A stretch of DNA of 64,000 nt, taken from positions 40,114,001 through 40,178,000 of the forward strand of contig CM069153.1 of assembly GCA_035221665.1 (NCBI GenBank), in the 5' to 3' direction. The position numbers and the translations under genes are program-made. This document shows, piece by piece, positions 38,357-51,534 of this stretch. Every line of letters starts with the position of its first letter. Position 1 is the first letter of the stretch. Source of the DNA: Okamejei kenojei (taxonomy: Eukaryota). The notes beneath the pieces were generated by a model, which saw only the letters and a program-made list of their open reading frames with translations, was not told where the DNA came from and ran no database searches.

Positions 38357-38384
38357 TAGACCTAAGTTCACAAGTTTATGTTCA

Positions 38385-38637
38385 TTGGGTCTGTGCCAAC
38401 CAGCTATCCCCGTAGACTAGCATTATCCGACACATTAGGGACAATTTGCAGTCTTTTCCAAACACAAATTAACCTACAAACCTGTACATCTATGAGTGTG
38501 GGAGAAAACCGGAGCACCCGTGCAAATCCCACATGGTCACGGGGAGAACGTACAAACACCGTACAGACAGCACTGGTTGTCAGGATTGAACACGTCACTG
38601 GCGCTGTGGCACCTCTACCGCCGCGCCACGTGCCGCC
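38385..38637 (-). mobile_element. HE1-like V-SINE
   Basis: SINE core. Confidence 0.75.
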
Positions 38638-39115
38638 CCACTTGTATAAGTTGTTTACCGCTTAAACATGCAGTCACCATGGTAGCTACACATCAGTAAC
38701 ATATAGACTGGTGTGATGGAAAGAGCTGCTTCAGACATCATCGTAACTGTGCATGTTTGTAACCACAGGTTCAATCCCCTCTCCCGACACATCTATTTCC
38801 TTACTTGTTCCACCCGTGGGGATGATGATTGAGCTGCACATAAGATTATGGTCTCCATTTTATACATTTACCGAAATGCACTTTTTATTTTATTAAACAC
38901 AGACTTTGGAATGTTTATGAGCAGACATCAATGAGTTAATGGAGCCGTCTTCCTAATATCTGCAATTTTGATCACAATTACAGCAAGATTAGAAAGTGAC
39001 GTGCTGCTTGTTCTCTAGGGACTGTCCCACAGAAGTGTGGAGCTTTGAGGTCCAATTTACCTTGACGTTGTTTGAAGCTTGTTCTGCTCTATGACTTATG
39101 TCAAATGTGCTAACT

Positions 39116-39432
39116 AGAGTCATAGAGTCACACGGCGCAGAACAGGCCCTTTGTCCCAACTTGCCCGCACCAACCAACATGCCCCATCTACACTAGTCCC
39201 ACTTGCCTGCCTTTGGCCCACATCCCTCTAAAGATATCTTATCCATGTACATATCTAAATGCTTCTTAAATGTTGCTTTAAACCTGCCTCAACTACATCC
39301 TCTGGTAGCTCATTCCATGCACCCAACACCCTCTGTGTAAAAACGTTACCTCTCAGGTTCCTATTAAATCTTTCTCCCCCACTCCCCCACCCTAAACCTA
39401 TGTACTCTGGTTCTTGATTCCACTACTCTGGG
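39116..39432 (-). mobile_element. CR1-like LINE 3' end
   Basis: (GACTCTAT)-type tail; 3' end shared with the SINE tail. Confidence 0.75.
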
Positions 39433-39726
39433 CATCGCAGCACACCACTCAACACTAGCTGTATAAAGTTTTGAAATGCTTATCTCAGAACTAAGATATT
39501 AGTTGCAGCGGATTACTCGTCACAGATATCAAAGCCGAGATCCTATTACTGCTTTCAAAACAGGATAACCACAGCAGCTGCATCTAAGCTGCTGCAAACC
39601 TATAAATCCAGTTGCAGCACCGGATTTCCCAACTACCAACAGACAATCTCCGAGCCAGCAAACGATGCAAAAGCATCAGTCTCCACTACATGATGTTAAA
39701 GAGATTTACCTCTTCACTATATCAGT

Positions 39727-39859
39727 GGGGCGGAAGATTGCAACCACCTGGTCCGCCCTGTTTCGACTAATGCAATCAACTCGACGTGCACAAACGGAAG
39801 ATCAAATAGAACAAGTTGCCCATCAACTTTAGGCTGTGCACGCCACACACGAGAAGACG
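39727..39859 (+). mobile_element. Short AAG-tailed retroposon, copy 2
   Basis: TSD tatatcagt (39718-39726 and 39860-39868). Confidence 0.8.
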
Positions 39860-40229
39860 TATATCAGTCAGTCAGCTAAGCTTCCGTCACGTATTTTCCA
39901 TGCAACTACACAACCACATAATGAGCAGGATGAGTAGGGCCGAAGGGCCTGTTTCCGTGCTGTAATTTTTGTAAATTGGAGCCATAGAGCCATGCAGTTA
40001 TGCAGCATGGAAACTGGCCCATCAATCTAACCCACCGAGGGTAAAATACTCTGTGCATTCTCCCTATCTATTTCCCTCATGATTTTATGCATCTCAGTAA
40101 GATCACCCCCTCATCCTCCTGCGCTCCGAGGCATTAGGTCCAAGCCTGCCCAACCTATCCCCATAGCTCAGGCCCTCGAGTCCTGGCAGCATTCTCGTAA
40201 TATTGGTAATGTTTCTGTGCCCCACCTAC

Positions 40230-40350
40230 CTTTGGCTTCGACACCCAGGAGATGTTCCAGGTCACCAATACTCCGGATGTCTGCTTGACCAATTATCTTC
40301 AGAACATCATCCGGGAGACCATCCTCTTTGTCAATGTCTTTAGGCATATC
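40230..40350 (-). CDS. PDGF-A/B-like growth factor, coding exon 2 (PDGF_N propeptide: DMPKDIDKEDGLPDDVLKIIGQADIRSIGDLEHLLGVEAK)
   Basis: Acceptor ttattttctcgaacag|, donor AAAG|gtaggt, 121 nt, phase 0 to 1. LPDDV..IRSIGDLEHLL matches the PDGFA/B propeptide motif IPxE....I(H/R)S(I/F)xDLQRLL. Confidence 0.9.
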
Positions 40351-40691
40351 CTGTTCGAGAAAATAACATGGTTACAAATCCAAAGACAAATAAATGTTAA
40401 GCATGCACGAGACAATGTTGTATTTAGTAAGCATTGGGTGTCAGTGGTTTAGTGTTTAGAACGCAAAAGTGAGAGATGTAAAGCGAAAGGGAGAACAAGG
40501 ATGGCCCATATAACAAATGGCAGTTAACAAAATGCACCAGTGAGCAAGAACTTGGAGCATCTACAATTTAATGTAAATCAAAAACCTTTGTGCTGCAAAC
40601 ATGTGATAAATGAAACACAATGACCAGATGATCCACTGAGATAAAGACAGAGTATAACAGTATAACAGAGTATACGCCATACACCAAAGGG

Positions 40692-40985
40692 TCACCGTTT
40701 AAGGATAAGGGGAAAATCTTTTAGGACCAAGATGAGAAAAACATTTTTCACACAGAGAGTGGTGAATCTCTGGAATTCTCTGCCACAGAAGGAAGTTGAG
40801 GCCACTTCATTGGCTATATTTAAGAGGGAGTTAGATGTGGCCCTTGTGGCTAAAGGGATCAGGGGGTATGGAGAGAAGGCAGGTACAGGATACTGAGTTG
40901 GATGATCAGCCATGATCATATTGAATGGCGGTGCAGGCTCGAAGGGCCGAATGGCCTACACCTGCACCTATTTTTTATGTTTCTA
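40692..40985 (+). mobile_element. CR1/HER1-like LINE 3' end
   Basis: Near-identical to the 3' part of 22148-22742, in the opposite orientation. Confidence 0.88.
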
Positions 40986-42602
40986 TAATATCTTGGATCT
41001 AAAAGTTTCTCTGGGTCTCTGATGATCAGGAGATTCACTACAATCTTCTGTAGGAAATGATATCAACCACATCCAGGAACTTGCCCAGTTCTGAATGAGT
41101 GCAGCACCAAGACCCTTTCTTGCTTAAAAAAAAAAGGCACAAGGTGCTGGAGTAACTCAGCAGGTCAGGCAACTCTGGAGAACAGGGATAGACGACGTGT
41201 TATTGTCACCGCGAAACGTCACCTATCCATATTGTGTCTTTCAGCTAGTTTGTGATTTTCTTTGGTAAAACAGCATCAGCAGTTGCTTGTTACGACATTT
41301 GGACTGTTAGTTTAGTTTAGTTTAGGGATTCAACGTGGAAACGTGCTCTGTAGCCCACCGAGTCCACGCCGAGCAGTGATCACCATACACAGGGGATAAT
41401 TTACAATGTTTACCCAAGCCAATTAACTTTGGCTTTTGAACCTCTTCTTGGAAATAACTAAATATCTGGTACTTTCTTTGATCGTTAATGGTCCATTATT
41501 AAGTATCTTATGACCAAATGTTAAAAAAAAAAATTGTGGACATGACATTGGACGCAAACACTTCCGTTCTTTTGGTGTTACTTGTGTCAATGTGCTTCCA
41601 GTTATCCTGTGTGAGTCAAGGGCATAAATTGCACCCTCTGATAAATTGAATTGGACAATAGTTTGTCCCTCACTCACACAGGCTGAAGGTGCGCAGAGAA
41701 AACAGATCTAGTTTGATGCCGACACAAGAGGCTGCAGATGCTAAAATCTCGAGTAAAAAGCAGATTGATGGAGGAATTCAGCTAGTCAGGCAGCATCTGT
41801 GCAGGGAAATGGAGTCTGAAGAAGGGTCCAAAACTTATTTCCCTCCACAGATGCTGCCTGTCCCACTAAGTTCTTCAAGCAGTCTGTTTCTTAACTACTT
41901 GTTTGATGTCACAGATTACAAACTGGACTTTAATTAAGACGCAAGGAACTGCAGATACTGGAACCAGGAGCAAAACACTAAGTGCAGAGGGAACTCAGCG
42001 GGTCAGGCAGCATCTGTGGAGGGAATGGACAATTGGCATTTTGGGTCAGGGCCCTTCTTCAGGACTCCAATGATCCCTATTAACATCACTATTGTAAGTA
42101 GCAAAATAAGCCATCTACACAAACATCACAATTTATAGTAATTCTCATTGGCTTCCACATCGCTTGGCGATTGATTAGAAAAAAAGAGGGTTGGAGAGAA
42201 GTGTGGTATTTACTATTGTCAGATGTGGTAAAAATTTCTTACGTCTTTGGGGAATGATGTGGTTGCAGTTTAGATTTCTCAAATATTATTTTTAGCCATG
42301 TCCTTTTCCTTCCAAACCATTTCCCTGCAAGCCCAGCAAGCTTTGGCTATAGAAACTCTTGTCAAAAATCTCAGCAGAAAATTCCGTGTCCATTCACGCC
42401 CTCCGAACCTTCTCTCCCTGCCTGGTTATGCCTCACATGAATATACGACCTCTCAATCCCTCCTCTGCAATCCAGAGCCAGTATCTGAGTTGGTGGCCAT
42501 TTGATTTGATTTGATTTTATTACTTGTCATTCGAACCTCAGAGAGGCTCGAACGAAACTCCGTTTCTACAAGCCATACAAACAAACAAACAGAACAATTC
42601 GT

Positions 42603-42690
42603 AAAAAAACACGCAAACAATTAAATTCACACAAACATCCATCACAGTGGATGGATGTTTGTGTGAATTTAATTGTTTGCGTGTTTTTTT
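42603..42690. repeat. Perfect 41-bp inverted repeat with 6-nt spacer
   Basis: 42603-42643 is the exact reverse complement of 42650-42690. Confidence 0.95.
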
Positions 42691-42720
42691 GTCAGATTTA
42701 TCCCTACCTTATATTGCTCA

Positions 42721-43272
42721 ACTTTAGACTTTTAGACTTTGGAGATGAGTTGAGTTTAGTTTATTGTCACATGTACTGAGGTACAGTGAAAAGCTTTTGT
42801 TGCGTGCTAACGAGTCAGCAGAAAGACAATACATGACTACAATCAAGCCACCCACAGTGTACAGATATATGATAAAGGGGATAACTTGAATAATGTGTAG
42901 TGCAAGATAAAGCCAGTAAAGTCCAATCAAGAATAGTCAGAGAGTCTCCAATTATATAGATAGGGCTGCTCAGATACAGTGCAGAAACAGGCCCTTCGGC
43001 CCACCTAGTCCGAGCCAACCAACAATCACCCCGTACACTAACTCACACACACTAGGGACAATTTTACAATTTTACAACTTACTAATTAAGCTAATTAACC
43101 TACAAACCAGTACGTCTTTGGAGTGTGGGAGGAAAGCAAAGTACCCGGAGAACACTTACGTGGTTACAGGGATAACATGCAAACTCCATACAGACAGCAC
43201 CCATAGTCAGGATCGAACCCGGGTCTCTGGAGCTGTATGGCAGCAACTCTACCATTGTGCCACCATGCTGTC
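42721..43272 (-). mobile_element. HE1-like V-SINE whose tail is interrupted by a Rex1/Babar-like 3' UTR (about 42747-42970)
   Basis: SINE tail fragment, then LINE 3' UTR, then the SINE body resumes at agatacagtgcagaaacaggccc. Confidence 0.75.
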
Positions 43273-44940
43273 ACATAGCTACCAGAGCTTAGACTAGTGG
43301 GAAGTTACAGGCTACCTGAAAGAAAAGCAAAGGGCTGTGCACTCATACCATCAGTATCTTAACTGGAAAAAAATGATGAAGGGCAGGTGGGATATCCTCT
43401 CGAAATGAATGCTCACATTGCATTTGCCTTCCTTACTACTGACTCAACCTGCAAATTAAACGTCACCCAATCCTTTTCTCCAGAGATGTTGCCTGTCCCG
43501 CAGAGTTACTCCAGTCCTATTTGTGTCTAACTTCTGCAAATTAAACTTTTGGGAATCCTGCACTAGCACTCCCGATATGAATCCTCACCCCATTTAGAAA
43601 ATGGTCTAATTGTTACTTTAAAGGATTTTCTCCTTTCTTCTGCATGAAAAATAAATGGTTGTGTAAAAGAAAATAGAATCGCTGACTGTCATTTTAATTT
43701 TATCGTGACCTTAAGTCATTTCACTGGGAAACTAATGATTGCTTAGATATTGTTGCATGATTTAGAATGCCACAGAGCCATTGTTTCCATGGGGGCCGCT
43801 GTGACTTAAACTAAAGTAACTGATGCATTCCATCTTTGGAAAATTGTTTCAACTTCATGGGAATATTATTCTAAAACCTCAACCTAAAGCCTGTGGTCTT
43901 TTTCCATCAGCCACTGCATGGGACAGGAATGGTCCAGAATTCCATTTGGAACAATGGCCCTAAAAATTCACATCTGTTCTTACATTAATTTTGTGGTTGG
44001 CAACTCTGTCAATGCATGGATGCTTTCATTCCAAGCCTTGGTCCATGGTCTTTTGTGAGGGTAGCATCTTTGCTATCCGGTAGAAGCACCTGCTTTAAAA
44101 ATCAAGAGGTCTTGTAATGCAGACCCCGGATAGAATCACCAAAAGATTAGAGAACAGAAGAGATTCTTAAAAACATTTGAAGTTTAGTTTATTGTCATGA
44201 GTACAGATACAGCGAAGAAGTTGCTGCCAGTTCTTTAAACTACTGCTCCTCTTCCCAAAAGCAGTAGAATCACAATCATACAGCTTCGGGAATAGACCCT
44301 ACTTGACCACGCCAACCAAGATGCACATCTAAACTAGTCCCACCTGCCCATGTTTGACCCGTATTCCTCTAAACCTTTGTACCTGTCCATATGACCTTTA
44401 AATGTTGTGATGGTGCCTGCTTCAACTACCTTCTCAGTTGAACACTGTGCACCACTTGTTCTGCGTGCTATTCAATCAAATCAGAGGGGACACGAGTACA
44501 ATCTTCTTGTACAGCTTGCAGAAGGTGCCACGTTCCAGCGTAATTGTGATTATAGTCTACTGGGAACATGAGCTACTTTAATACAGAGGATGGTGGATAT
44601 ATGGAACGAGCTTCCAGAGGACGTAGTTGCTAGTGCAACTTCCAAATATCTGAAAAGTCTGAACGACCGAAGGAGATATGCAACTTCAATATTCTTAATT
44701 TAATGCCTGATATCCTGGTTACTTCCAAGGGACAATGTGAAAACAAACTTGTTTCCCTCTTTTCCAGTTCTGAGTCCCAGACCTGAAACATTAACTGTTT
44801 CTCTTTCCACAGATGCCACTGAACCTGTTGTGTGGTTCCAACATTTTCTGTCTTAATTTCAGATATTCTCTTCGGGTGAATTTTGATTACATTCTGCTGG
44901 GAACATGAGCTACCTTCATACAGAGGATGGTGGATGTATG

Positions 44941-46627
44941 CAGGGCCGGATTTAGATGAAGAAAGGCCCTAGGCTATTCCACTTGTGATGCCCCTCCCAA
45001 TCTTCCACCCCCACGACGAGAGGAAGAGTCCACCAGATTGACACCGATGTGAAGCCAAATGTGGCCAATGAGATAAGCGCTTTTTATTTATTGCCAGTGC
45101 TAGTGTCTAGTTATCGGCTTAAAACACTATTATTCTGAAATGGAGGGCAAGGAAAATTACTGAAGTGTTGTTTAGAGACTACAGTGCGTTGTGACAGCAT
45201 ATGTAAGAAAGGCCTATGCCAGTGTCAAAAATATTATACACCAGGCCCGTACGAAGCTTTTCAAAAAGGGGGGTGGCATGGCAGGATTACAAAAATTTTA
45301 TGTGAAATAAGTGCACGCAGCGTGTATCACAAGCGCGAAGCTGAAAGACCCTTGTGTCCGGGGTCCAGGGCCCGCTTAAGGAAGCTCTGGGGTTTTAGAT
45401 GCTCTCTGGTGCATTCTGAGCCTTATTTTGGAGCATTTTTGCACCAAATTTATGATCAATATTTCAGAAATAATTTTGGTTGAGTCAAGAGTAATGAGTG
45501 GTTGGAATGGGATGATTGGGGTCATTGTTGTATACATTTTTTTTAATCAAGAATTAAAGCTGTCCTTGTTTTAATAATCAAGTTGTACTATAAAATGTTA
45601 TGTAAAATGTTATAAAGGAGCATGCAAACACTGCAAATAAAATACTGTAAGTTTTTTCAGTAAATAAAATCTTTTTTTTGAAAATGTTTTGTGTGTTGAT
45701 TTGATTGCCTGTTACTGTTCGACTGCGTTAGTGTGTGCACATTAAAAATATGATGCAAAATGAAAGTCGCAAACTATGGAATACATATTTTTCAGTATTG
45801 TTATTAATGGAAAAGAAAGCAGTTTCAATTGTTTGATATTATTCTTATGGAGAGAAAATATAATTGCTCTAAAACCTACCTTAATTTTGCAATCTCACTA
45901 AAGATAATCCCCCTTTCCCTCTCCCCCCTCTTCCTTCCCCATCCCTCTCCCTCCACCGCTCCCCCTCCCCTCTCTCTCCCCTTCCCCCTCTCTCCCCCTC
46001 TGTCTCTCCCCCCCTTCCCCCTCTCACATCCCCTCCTCTCTCTCGCCCTCCCCACCCCCTCCCTCCCCCTCTATCTCCCTCCCACGCAGCGAGGCTCCGA
46101 CTCCGCACCGCAGGCACCGCAGCCCTCCCCCCCCCCCCCGGCCCGGAGAAACGGGCACTCCCGCAACGCAATATTCGACTACTTACCTGGAGTAGACACC
46201 TAGGATCTTTGGTAGACACGACGCATCGAGGTGATTGTGTGGACTGCAAATGGAGATCTGAACCCGCCCGGGCCCACTGCGCACGTGCGGAGAGACAGCA
46301 TCAGTTTGCGTCGCTACTGCGTCACCGACTCCCCCAACTGCGCAGGCGCGGATGGTCGCAAATTTTATCCCCAAAACTTCCAGCGGGCCGTAACCAGAAT
46401 TTCGGGTCATTTCCGTCAAAGTGGAAACGATGAGAGTGCTCTTTTTTTTCTCTCTGGATTTTTTTTACTTTGGGGAAAAAAAACACATTGGCCGGAGGCC
46501 CCCTCGATTTTGAGGCCCTAGGCTTCAGCCTATGAAGCCTATAGGTAAATCCGGCCCTGCCGAGGCCCCCCTAGATCTCGAGGCCCTAAGCTTAAGCATG
46601 TGAAGCTCATACATAAATCCGGCCCTG
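44941..46627. mobile_element. Non-autonomous hAT-type DNA transposon
   Basis: 14-bp TIRs cagggccggattta / taaatccggccctg. Perfect 8-bp TSD gatgtatg (44933-44940 and 46628-46635). Inserted in a CR1 fragment; no transposase ORF. Confidence 0.9.
46085..46430 (-). promoter_or_regulatory. CpG-rich promoter-like segment with consensus splice donor inside the hAT element
   Basis: High CpG density, NRF1-like tgcgcaggcgc (46339-46349) and tgcgcacgtgcg (46278-46289), GC box, minus-strand CAG|GTAAGT at 46187/46186. Confidence 0.45.
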
Positions 46628-46959
46628 GATGTATGGAACGAGTTGCCAGAGGAGGTAGTTGAAGCATTTAAATGACATTTGGACAGGTACATGAATAGGA
46701 AGGGTGTAGAGGAATATGGGCCAAATGTGGGCAGGTGGGACGAGTATAGATGGTTAGCATGGGCAAGTTGGGCCTGTTTCCGTGCTGTATGACTCTATGA
46801 CTGCTGCTTTTGGGAAGAGGGGCAGCAGTTCAAAGAACTGGTAGCAACTTCTTCCACCCCATACACCCTCCATAACTCCCCCCAACACATGCGCGCACAC
46901 ACACACACACATTCCACTAATCCTCAACACTCCCATCCATTTTTCTGTGCAAGAACAAG

Positions 46960-47735
46960 CAAGTCTTCATGGAACATCATGACCCGGTGTCAAGGCAACA
47001 ACCTTTCTCTCAATGTCTGCAAGACAAATGAGGTAGCGATTGACTTCAGGAAGCGAAACGGTACACATTGATGGTGCCAAAGTAGAAATGGTTGAAAGCT
47101 TCAAATTCATAGGAGTAAATATCACCAGCAACTTGTCTTGGACCACCCGTACTGAACCAATGGTCAAGAAAGTACACCAACACCTCGACATCCTTGGAAG
47201 GCTGAGGGGTGTCGACATGTCCCCAACAACTCTCACCAACTTCCACAGGTGCGCCATAGGAAGCATTTTATCGGGGTGCATCACAGCAAGGTTTGTGAAC
47301 ATCTCCATCCAAGACTGCAAGGAATGTCAGAGCATTGGGGACACAGCCCAGACCATCACACTAACCAACCTCCCTTCCATTGACTCCATTAACACCTCAC
47401 GTTGCTTCGGCAAGGCATAATCAAGGCTGAGTCACTCCCCTCTCCCGTCAGGCAAGATATACAGAAGTGTGAAAAAACGCACACGTCTACATTCAGGGAC
47501 AGTTTCTTCCCATCTGTAATCAGGAAAATGAACCATCTGATCAACAACTAGAGAGAGGCCTTAGCTACTATCTACCTCATTGCAGATCTTCAGACTATCT
47601 TTGATCGGCCTCTATCTTGTATCAGTATACTGTGAATGGCTCAATGTAATCATGTATTGTCCTTCCGCTGACTGGTTAGCACGCAACAAAAGCTTTTCAC
47701 TGTACCTCGGTACGCGTGACAATAAACTAAGCTCA
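46960..47735 (+). mobile_element. Rex1/Babar-like LINE 3' fragment
   Basis: NNLSLNVCKTNEVAIDFRK..VESFKFIGVNITSNLSW..AIGSILSGCITA. Confidence 0.85.
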
Positions 47736-49235
47736 AACATGTTCTAGTCTCTTTATCAGGGATGCATGCATCCAAGCACACCAGAAAACTCTTGACCATA
47801 GTGGCATCCATCAACCAGCCCCAGTGCACTTTCACCCCAGATCCGTGGCTGTCGAAATCCTAGCACAACTATTAAGACTCTGGTCTTAATAGTTTATCAG
47901 GCTTACTTCCTTTTGAAAAATTATGATGAGCACATGCAAAAAGCACAGGCTATTAATATCTAGCTTGTATACATGGATCAATCGAACAAATGTACCAACC
48001 ATCAATTAATGAAAAATGGATGATAAGGTTGTGCAGGTTTTTTACTTCAAGATATCATTTTACTTGTACTGAAACCCAGGAGTATGTATGAATGAGTCTT
48101 ACTGTTCAATATCTTCTGCCAGCCAATGTAATGAGAGATATTGTGGTCGCCTTACATATTCTCCGATAATCAATTTACTGTAATGTTTGAATGTTAGACC
48201 TAGTCAGGTCTAACCCCAAGCACTGCAGAGAATAAAGACCCTGCTTTCAATCTGTTTATGGAAACGGTTGTTTAACAATTTACACAAGCTGAGGTGTTCA
48301 GAAAACGTCAGTTTCCCTTTCAAAAAAATCCCTTTTGCTCAGGGAATCCCCCCCACAGGCCGCATCCATCTTAAGAACAAATTTATCAAGGGGCTCTGAA
48401 TAATAACGAGGAAAATGTTTCACCATGTTCTCAATTCAGAGCGGCCATTTCCTTACACTAGCTCCGTGATGCCTTTCTGTAAAAATAATAAACTGAAAAG
48501 GTTGTGGTTAACTTCTTTAACTGGCACAAACCTATAACTTAGGTTTGGGTCTAATGAATGGTTTAAAACTACATGTGGGTCACGCAGTTGCAATTTTTCA
48601 ATTAAACGGCCAGAAGAACAGTATCTGCATTGATGAACAGAATCTTTAAAATGAGACCCGAGTTATGGACTAAACGTTTCACTCCAGCTGTTTGTGTCAT
48701 CCGCTGAGTTACTCCAGATTTGTGTCTATCTTCGGTTTAAACCAGCATCTGCAGTTCCTTCCTGCACAGTGGAAGGAAATCCTGTTTTAGTGAAGATGCA
48801 AGCCATCGGCTTCATTGACAGGTCCCAACAAAGCTTGCACACAAAACCTCAGTTGCAACAAAAGAAATAAAGGTTTCACTTCGGAGAGCTAATAACGATT
48901 GCTTCTAGTGATAAGAAGTGGGCTTCAGACTATAAAGTGGGAGCCATAAACCACTTCCGTTCTTGCTGCAGTGTCTCTAAACTACATGTGCGGCTGAATA
49001 CATGATGCATTCTGCACTGAACATACTGTACACGGTAATATGTCATTGCAGGGAGAGATGCATCAGGTTTCATACTGACAAAGGTTCAAAGAGCATCAAT
49101 GTTGCATATGTTGCTTCACCAAATTGCCTCCCAGCGTACCTCTAATTGATGGGTTTCACCTAAACACCCAGTTAAAAAAGCATAACCCCAGGTGATCCAA
49201 GACTAAAAGATTGAGATTGCATTAAGGAGGCCTGC

Positions 49236-49371
49236 TTCTTCTTCTTCTTCTTGCGTACGGCGTGCACAGCCTAAAGTTGTAGGACAACTTGTTCTATTTG
49301 ATCTTATTTGATTGTGCACGCCGGGTTGATTGCATACGTCGAAACACGTGAAGGTTGCAATCTTCCACCCC
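49236..49371 (-). mobile_element. Short AAG-tailed retroposon, copy 3
   Basis: Perfect 12-bp TSD aaggaggcctgc (49224-49235 and 49372-49383). Confidence 0.85.
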
Positions 49372-49396
49372 AAGGAGGCCTGCAAGAAAGTATTAG

Positions 49397-49830
49397 ACAA
49401 TAGACAATAGGTGCAGGAGTAGGCCATTCGGCCCTTCGAGCCAACAACGCCATTCACTGTGATCCGATGGCTGATCATCCACATTCAGTACCCCGTTCCT
49501 GCCTTCTCACTATATCCCCTGACTCCGCTATCTTTAAGAGCTCTATCTTACTCTCTCTTGAAAGCATCCAGAGAATTGGCCTCCACTGTCTTCTGAGGCA
49601 ACGAATTCCACTTTTTCACCCTTATTCTTAAACTGTGGCCCCAACTTCTGGATTCTCCCAACATCGGGAACATGTTTCCTGCCTCTAGCGTGTCCAATCC
49701 CTTAATAATCTTATGTTTCAATAAGATCGCCTCTCATCCTTCCAAATTCCAGAGTATACAAACTCAGCCGCTCCATTCTATCCATATATGACAGTCCCGC
49801 CATCCCAGGAATTAACCTCGTGAACCTACG
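49397..49830 (-). mobile_element. CR1/HER1-like LINE 3' end
   Basis: Homologous to 17105-17484, with an internal deletion. Confidence 0.85.
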
Positions 49831-49959
49831 CGGTATTATTACTGAATACAAATGTCAAGCAGAATGTCTGCAGAAATAAGGAGTGCAGCAATCACAACAC
49901 AAGCTAGTTGGTGCCATACAGCAGATTGGTGCAATACTGAGTTCATAAGATCATAACAT

Positions 49960-50490
49960 CAGGCATCTGAACCATCCTGCCAACAATTAGAGAGCAGTCT
50001 TGAGTTTACTGTCTACCTCATTGGAGACCCTCCGACTATGTTTGAATGGACTTTACTGGACTTTATCTAATATCTAAATATTATTCACGTTATTCCCTTT
50101 ATCATGTGCCTGTGCACCATGGATGGCTTGATCGCAATCATGTTTTGTCTTTCCGCTGACTAGTTAGCACGCAACAAAAGTTTTTCACTGTACCTCAGTA
50201 CACGTGACAATAAACTAAACTAAACTAAACTACACCATAAGACATATGAGCAGAATTAGGCCATTCGCCCTATCGGGTCTGCACCGCCATTCGATCATGG
50301 CTGATCTATTTTTCCCTCTCAACCCCATTCTCCTGCCTTCACACCATAACCTTTGAGTTTTAGCCCTTTTGTAATCAAGAACCCATAAACGTCCCCTTTA
50401 AAAATATATAATGGCTTGGCCTCCACTACAATCTATGGCAATGAATTCCCCAGATGCACCACTGTCTGGCTAAAGACATTCCTCCTCATC
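49960..50490. mobile_element. Rex1/Babar-like 3' UTR (+) abutting a CR1 3' end (-)
   Basis: Family 3' UTR and tails recognisable from other copies in the window. Confidence 0.7.
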
Positions 50491-51209
50491 TTCTGTCATC
50501 TGATGAGCATGTTAAGGGATCCAAGGACATTGGTAGTAAGGTAGTCAAACTGATAGCACAGGCACTGTGGTGCCTGGAGTTTCTGACTGGGATACTATTT
50601 TTTTTTGGTCCGAAGTGATCTACATCCTTCGCATGAATAGAAAAGGCAAAAAGAAGGCATTGGAAATCTTGAATAAATAGTGACCTCAATACCAACGGCA
50701 ACAACGTGGGAATGTAAGAATGCACAGGACAAGGAGCACATTGAGCCCTATCTTTTCACAGACCACATGCGTCATGTTCAATCTATCTTAGCACTACTTC
50801 TACATTTAATATTAGTAAGGAAAACCTTGCAATTTTTGGCAAAAAAATCTAATTGGAATTAATCATTTTAATATCAGTAGCAAGTACGTTAGTCGGAACA
50901 ATGATAGGAAATTTCCTTCCCCCCCAGTCTTATTGTCTTTATATATATCCAATGCTCCCAACCATTTCTTGACAACATATGAGGTGAATTGAATTGGCTT
51001 CTGTGATGGGGGCATAATTATGAGGCAGTTTGGAGGGATTGTATATTGGGCATTTCTAAGTGAATGTTCCTGGATTCAGGGTCAGCAAGCAGCAAAGTAA
51101 TAGTTTCAATGGAACAGACTGAGACCGGACGATGCAACACAAGTACAAAGAGAGGTTGAAAAAATTGCAAAGAAATAGGAAAGCTACATGGCGGGCACAG
51201 CGTGTTGAG

Positions 51210-51526
51210 GGCAGCACAGTGGCACAAAGGTAGAGTTGCTGCCTCACAGCGCCAGAGATCTGGGTTCAATCATGACTACGGGTGCTGTCTGTACGGGGTT
51301 TGTACCTTTCCACCATGACCACGTGGGTTTTCCCCAGTTGCTCCAGTTTCCTCCCACGCTCCAAAGACGTACATGTTTGTAGGTTAATTGGCTTCGGTAA
51401 TGAATTGTAAATTGCCCCTAGTGTGTAGGGTAGTGCTGGTGTACGGGGTGATCCCTGCTGGTCGACGCGGACACATTGGGCTTAAGGGCCTGTTTCCTCA
51501 CTGTATCTCTAAAGTAAACTAAACTA
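51210..51526 (+). mobile_element. HE1-like V-SINE
   Basis: Complete head, core and tail. Confidence 0.85.
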
Positions 51527-51534
51527 CAGTCAGC

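Noticed and set aside
46179-46190. tacttacctgg, matching the U1 snRNA 5' end
   Set aside because: Similarity stops after 11 nt; better explained as the reverse complement of a consensus splice donor.
45829-46249. Pro/Leu/Ser-rich and Gly/Arg/Glu-rich ORFs
   Set aside because: Translation of a CT-rich low-complexity tract inside the hAT element.
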